DNA from: Myxococcota bacterium
Lineage (GTDB): Bacteria; Myxococcota_C; UBA6777
Direction of reading: 5' to 3'
Length of the DNA: 20,000 nt
Assembly (NCBI GenBank): GCA_023150835.1
Contig: JAKLKB010000019.1
Span: 47,260-67,259 of the forward strand
Shown in pieces: positions 16,577-20,000 of the stretch; position 1 is the stretch's first letter; every line of letters starts with the position of its first letter. Below the pieces are notes generated by a model, which was given only the letters and a program-made list of their open reading frames with translations, searched no databases and had not been told where the DNA came from. Both the position numbers and the translations under genes were made by a program.

Positions 16577-17860
16577 TTAGCGGAGTTGTGCGGCCATGAT
16601 CTCGTCGTTGAGCGGGGAGAGGAGTTGGACGTCGAGGATCTGGTTGTAGAGATCGCGGGGGACGCGGGTTTGGACGCGGATGTAGTGGTCGGTGAGACCT
16701 TGCCAAAGTGTGCCGGAGTCATCTTGATCGAGAGATTGTTCCCAGAGGACAGGGGCGACGGAGCCGATCTGGTTTTGGTGGAAGCGTTGTCGTCCTTGGA
16801 GGGAGAGAGATTGTAAGATCTCGCTGCGTTGGGTTTTGGTGTCGTGGTCGATCTGATCGGGGAGTGTGGCGGCGCGGGTTTGGGGTCGGGGGGAATAGCG
16901 AAAGACGTGGAGGTGGCAAAAGTCGATCTCTTGGACAAATTCGGCGGTCTCGTTGAATTCGGCATCGGTTTCGCCCGGGAATCCGACGATCATATCGGAA
17001 CAGAGGGCAAGATCGCGGATGGAGGCGCGTGCTTCGGCGACGATCTCGCGAAATGTTTGTTTGCGGGTGCGGCGGAGCATGCGTTTGAGGGTTTGATCGC
17101 AGCCCGATTGAAGGGGAAGATGGAGGTAGCGGCAAAGGCGGGGATCTTGCCAGAGATCGAAGAATTGCGACGGAAGATCCCAAGGTTCGAGAGAAGAGAG
17201 GCGAAGGCGAGGGGTGGCCGTTTGATCGAGGATGGCTTGGAGAAGGTCTTTGAGATCGAGGTTGGCGTCGCGCTGATCGCGGCCATAAGCGCCGAGATGA
17301 ACGCCTGTCAAGACGATCTCTTTGTAGCCGAGTTTCAAAAATCCCCGAATCTCCGAGAGGATCTCAGTCAATGGGCGACTGCGCTCCTCGCCACGAGCGA
17401 TCTGTGTCACGCAAAACGCGCACTTGTTGTTGCATCCGTCTTGGACTTTGACGTAAGCGCGGGTGCGTCGGAGATCTCCGGGTTTGAGATCGCGGGCGAT
17501 CGGTTCTTCGTCGAAAGGTTCGGGTTCGACGCCCATCACAAGATAAGCGAGTTTTTCTTTGTCGAGGTTTCCGATAATGTGCCGAACACCGGGGATCTCT
17601 GCGACTTTTTGTTTTTCGATCTCGCTGTAGCAGCCTGTGACGATAATCCCCGCATGAGGGGCTTTTCGGTGGGCTTGGTGGATCATTTGGCGGGACTTGC
17701 GACCTGCTTCGTTGGTCACAGCACAAGTGTTGATCACGCACAGGTCGGCGTCTTCGGCTTCTTTGGTGAGGTCGTGTCCAATACGTCGGAATGTCCGACC
17801 GATCTGTTCGATCTCACTTTCGTTGAGTCGGCAGCCCAAGGTATCTAAGTATACTTTCAT
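16577..17860 (-). CDS. mtaB: tRNA t6A37 methylthiotransferase MtaB (radical SAM)
   Basis: UPF0004 domain (TLGCRLNESE, INTCAVT, VTGCYS), KVQDGCNNKCAFC radical SAM motif, KEIVLTGVHLGAYG, IVGFPGET, HVFRYSPR. Start at ATG 17860 (MKVYLDT). Confidence 0.9.
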   Translation of the reverse strand: MKVYLDTLGCRLNESEIEQIGRTFRRIGHDLTKEAEDADLCVINTCAVTNEAGRKSRQMIHQAHRKAPHAGIIVTGCYSEIEKQKVAEIPGVRHIIGNLDKEKLAYLVMGVEPEPFDEEPIARDLKPGDLRRTRAYVKVQDGCNNKCAFCVTQIARGEERSRPLTEILSEIRGFLKLGYKEIVLTGVHLGAYGRDQRDANLDLKDLLQAILDQTATPRLRLSSLEPWDLPSQFFDLWQDPRLCRYLHLPLQSGCDQTLKRMLRRTRKQTFREIVAEARASIRDLALCSDMIVGFPGETDAEFNETAEFVQEIDFCHLHVFRYSPRPQTRAATLPDQIDHDTKTQRSEILQSLSLQGRQRFHQNQIGSVAPVLWEQSLDQDDSGTLWQGLTDHYIRVQTRVPRDLYNQILDVQLLSPLNDEIMAAQLR

Positions 17861-17874
17861 TACAAAAAATCCGG

Positions 17875-19014
17875 TCAATCGGGACGTTGGTAGCCATGAA
17901 AAGAAAGAACGAGTTCTGTGACGAGCGCATCGATCGCGTCGCGGGGTGGACTATGGGGCAGTCGTTTGTGGTTGGCAAGTTCAATGATCTTGCGTTCTTG
18001 TGTTTCGGCCCATTGCATCAAGGTTTCATAATCCCATGCCCCTGCTCGCACTTCGCGCAAGAGATCCGCTTGGGGATGTCGAACGCTGAGATCGCCCGTG
18101 GAGAGGAGTTCTTCGGCGGACAACAACAGACGCACAAGATGGCTACCGTGTTTGCAATCGTATCCAAAGCGGGCTTCGAGTTCAGCGCGGGCTTCGTTGC
18201 GGTGCTGTTTCCATTGTTCGTACTGTTTCCAATCGTGCAAAGCGTTCTTGTAGCGGCGTTCTGCGTCGATGCGTTGCCAGAGTTCTTCGTTGAGGCCGAT
18301 CTGTAGGGCGGCTTGTTCTTGTTCGTGATCGCCGTCGGGGTTGTAAGGGCGTCCGTGAACCATCTCAAAATAAGCGCGCATCGCATCGCGGATCTCTTCT
18401 TTCTGTTCTTCTTCCATGCTTTCGATCAGCGCGTCGAGATGCCAGATCTCGATCTGTTTTCGCATCAGCGCGCTGACCATGTCTTGCACATCTTTTGGAA
18501 CGAGCGACTCGTTTTCAGGCAGCCCAAAAGCCGAACGTGTAGGCTTTTCGGTGGTTGGTGAGAGCAGCCAACGGCGATGGGTTTGGATGCGTTTGAGTTG
18601 GCTCATCGCGTATCCTGTGTAGGTGTAACGCACGCGCATCGACAAGAAGAGATGGCGGTGTTCATACAGTCGTTCCCACGCAGGGGTGCTGTAAAGCCAA
18701 TCATCGGGGTGTGCAAAGAGGATATCGAGGATGTTGGGGTTGGCGTCGGCGGCAAGGCGGACAAACTTGGTCAGGTTAAAGACTTCGCAATCGGCGGGTT
18801 CGGTGGCGTGGGGCATCCGTTGTTGAAGTAGGGTTTGGGTAAACGGCGTGGATTCGCGCAATTGTTCCCACGTACGGGTTCCAAAGTACGTGGGCAGCGG
18901 GGCGATCGCGACACCTCGGATATCGATATCGGAGGTTGCGGTGGCGGTTCCATAGGCGTGGGAGCCGTGTAGCGTGAGAAAGATCAGGTGTTGTGGAAGT
19001 TGTTCGGGGTGCAT
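17875..19014 (-). CDS. DNA polymerase beta-superfamily nucleotidyltransferase (RlaP/YcgL-like, PF10127-type)
   Basis: Start at ATG 19014 after gaaagga. Motifs HGSHAYGTATATSDIDIRGV, KFVRLAADANPNILDIL, YTGYAMSQL and GYDCKHGSHLVRLL. Confidence 0.85.
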   Translation of the reverse strand: MHPEQLPQHLIFLTLHGSHAYGTATATSDIDIRGVAIAPLPTYFGTRTWEQLRESTPFTQTLLQQRMPHATEPADCEVFNLTKFVRLAADANPNILDILFAHPDDWLYSTPAWERLYEHRHLFLSMRVRYTYTGYAMSQLKRIQTHRRWLLSPTTEKPTRSAFGLPENESLVPKDVQDMVSALMRKQIEIWHLDALIESMEEEQKEEIRDAMRAYFEMVHGRPYNPDGDHEQEQAALQIGLNEELWQRIDAERRYKNALHDWKQYEQWKQHRNEARAELEARFGYDCKHGSHLVRLLLSAEELLSTGDLSVRHPQADLLREVRAGAWDYETLMQWAETQERKIIELANHKRLPHSPPRDAIDALVTELVLSFHGYQRPD

Positions 19015-19200
19015 CGCAAGGGTTCCTTTCAAAAGGCTCGTGTTGTAAAACACGTTGAAAGACGCGAGAACACGGCAAAGGTTTCGGTTGTGTTCGTCGT
19101 GAGGGGGAGAGCTACGCGAGGGGATTGGAAACCGCGTAGAGATTGTGTATGAGCGAACAGAGGCTGTGTTTGACGGACGTGCGTGCAAAGGAGGAGCAGG

Positions 19201-19914
19201 ATGAGCGATCAAGGCGGAAACAACGCGCAAGTCATCTCGATGTTGGAGCGGTTGTTGGATCGAGTGGAGCGTTTGGAGATCCGAGTGGATCAATTTTTGG
19301 GGATGGCGAACGAAGCCAAGCAAGTGGCGGCGATCGCGGCAGATACGATGGATGAAGCGGTGGCGCAGCTTGGCAAAGAAGGGGTGGATATCCAGCAGCG
19401 AGCGATGCAAGGGGCTGCTTTGTTGAAGACCATGACCGAAGAGAAGACCTTGCGCACGATCGAGCGGCTGGTCAAACACATCGGTGATCTGGAGCCTGCG
19501 GTGGAGATGCTGGGGCAACTTCCCGGGATGCTCGCGATGACAGGCGATATCTTTGATGAAACCGTTCAACATCTCGCCAAAAAAGGGATCGATGTGGAAA
19601 AGGTCGCACGCAACTTTGCTCACGGTATGCAAAAGACGGCTTCGCTGATGGGGACAGAGCCGTTTGAGATCTTGATGAATTCGGCGATCTTGGAGCCTTC
19701 GACCTTGCGTGTGATCGGCTTGATGGGTGAGTCGATGGGCAAAGCACAAAACAATCCGCAGCCTGTTGGTTTGTTCGGACTATTGGGGGCGCTCGGAGAT
19801 CCTGAGGTCAAGCGTGCCGTTGGGTTTCTGATCGAGATGGCGCGACATCTTGGAAAACATCTTCCTGATTCTTCGGTGATCAAGACACTCCAGCCAGCCT
19901 CCCATCCCCGTTAG
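19201..19914 (+). CDS. DUF1641-like helical protein
   Basis: aaggaggag RBS before ATG 19201. The C-terminal PVGLFGLLGALGDPEVKRAVGFLIEMARHLGK is characteristic of DUF1641. Confidence 0.8.
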   Translation: MSDQGGNNAQVISMLERLLDRVERLEIRVDQFLGMANEAKQVAAIAADTMDEAVAQLGKEGVDIQQRAMQGAALLKTMTEEKTLRTIERLVKHIGDLEPAVEMLGQLPGMLAMTGDIFDETVQHLAKKGIDVEKVARNFAHGMQKTASLMGTEPFEILMNSAILEPSTLRVIGLMGESMGKAQNNPQPVGLFGLLGALGDPEVKRAVGFLIEMARHLGKHLPDSSVIKTLQPASHPR

Positions 19915-20000
19915 TGTTTCCACAAAATTGCATGGTGGCACGGTGGGCAAAAGGCTGATGTTGTGGGACTTGCGCAGGAAGAGAGTACGTAGACGCCCTA

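Noticed and set aside
12350-17848. Long antisense ORFs (12350..13447, 13451..14377, 16829..17848; likewise 5396..6643 and 6662..7984)
   Set aside because: They lie opposite well-supported genes, have no motifs, and are the expected shadows of biased codon usage.
19015-19749. 245-aa N-terminal extension of the 624-aa minus-strand ORF
   Set aside because: Antisense shadow of the DUF1641 gene. Nucleotidyltransferase motifs and an RBS start at 19014.
8345-19914. TSUP plus DUF1641 as a sulfur-metabolism module
   Set aside because: They are 10 kb apart with unrelated genes between, and no SQR, rhodanese or persulfide dioxygenase is in the window.

Overview
Bacterial accessory region. The Cys-rich repeat lipoproteins and DNxCDG motifs suggest Myxococcota or a related predatory deltaproteobacterium (inference). 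In order: (1) the 5' end of a secreted protein running off the left edge on the minus strand, missed by the ORF track; (2) a chlorophyllase-like alpha/beta-hydrolase lipoprotein; (3) two tandem paralogous lipoproteins with colinear 12-repeat Cys-rich stalks, one headless and one capped by 12 NHL repeats; (4) a TauE/SafE (TSUP) transporter; (5) a minus-strand trio with no Sec signals: a toxin-like protein, a large split CYTH-like protein and a YjiK/SdiA-regulated propeller, the first and third sharing an unannotated ~47-aa N-terminal domain (best candidate for a new system, a possible effector cluster); (6) a hypothetical lipoprotein; (7) a doubly deleted ATPase+HNH (Septu/PtuAB-like) defence remnant; (8) a Pol-beta nucleotidyltransferase (RlaP/YcgL-like) directly upstream of mtaB; (9) a DUF1641-like gene. 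A palindromic REP/MITE-like element occurs at least three times in intergenic spaces. No rRNA, tRNA, CRISPR array or transposase was recognised.
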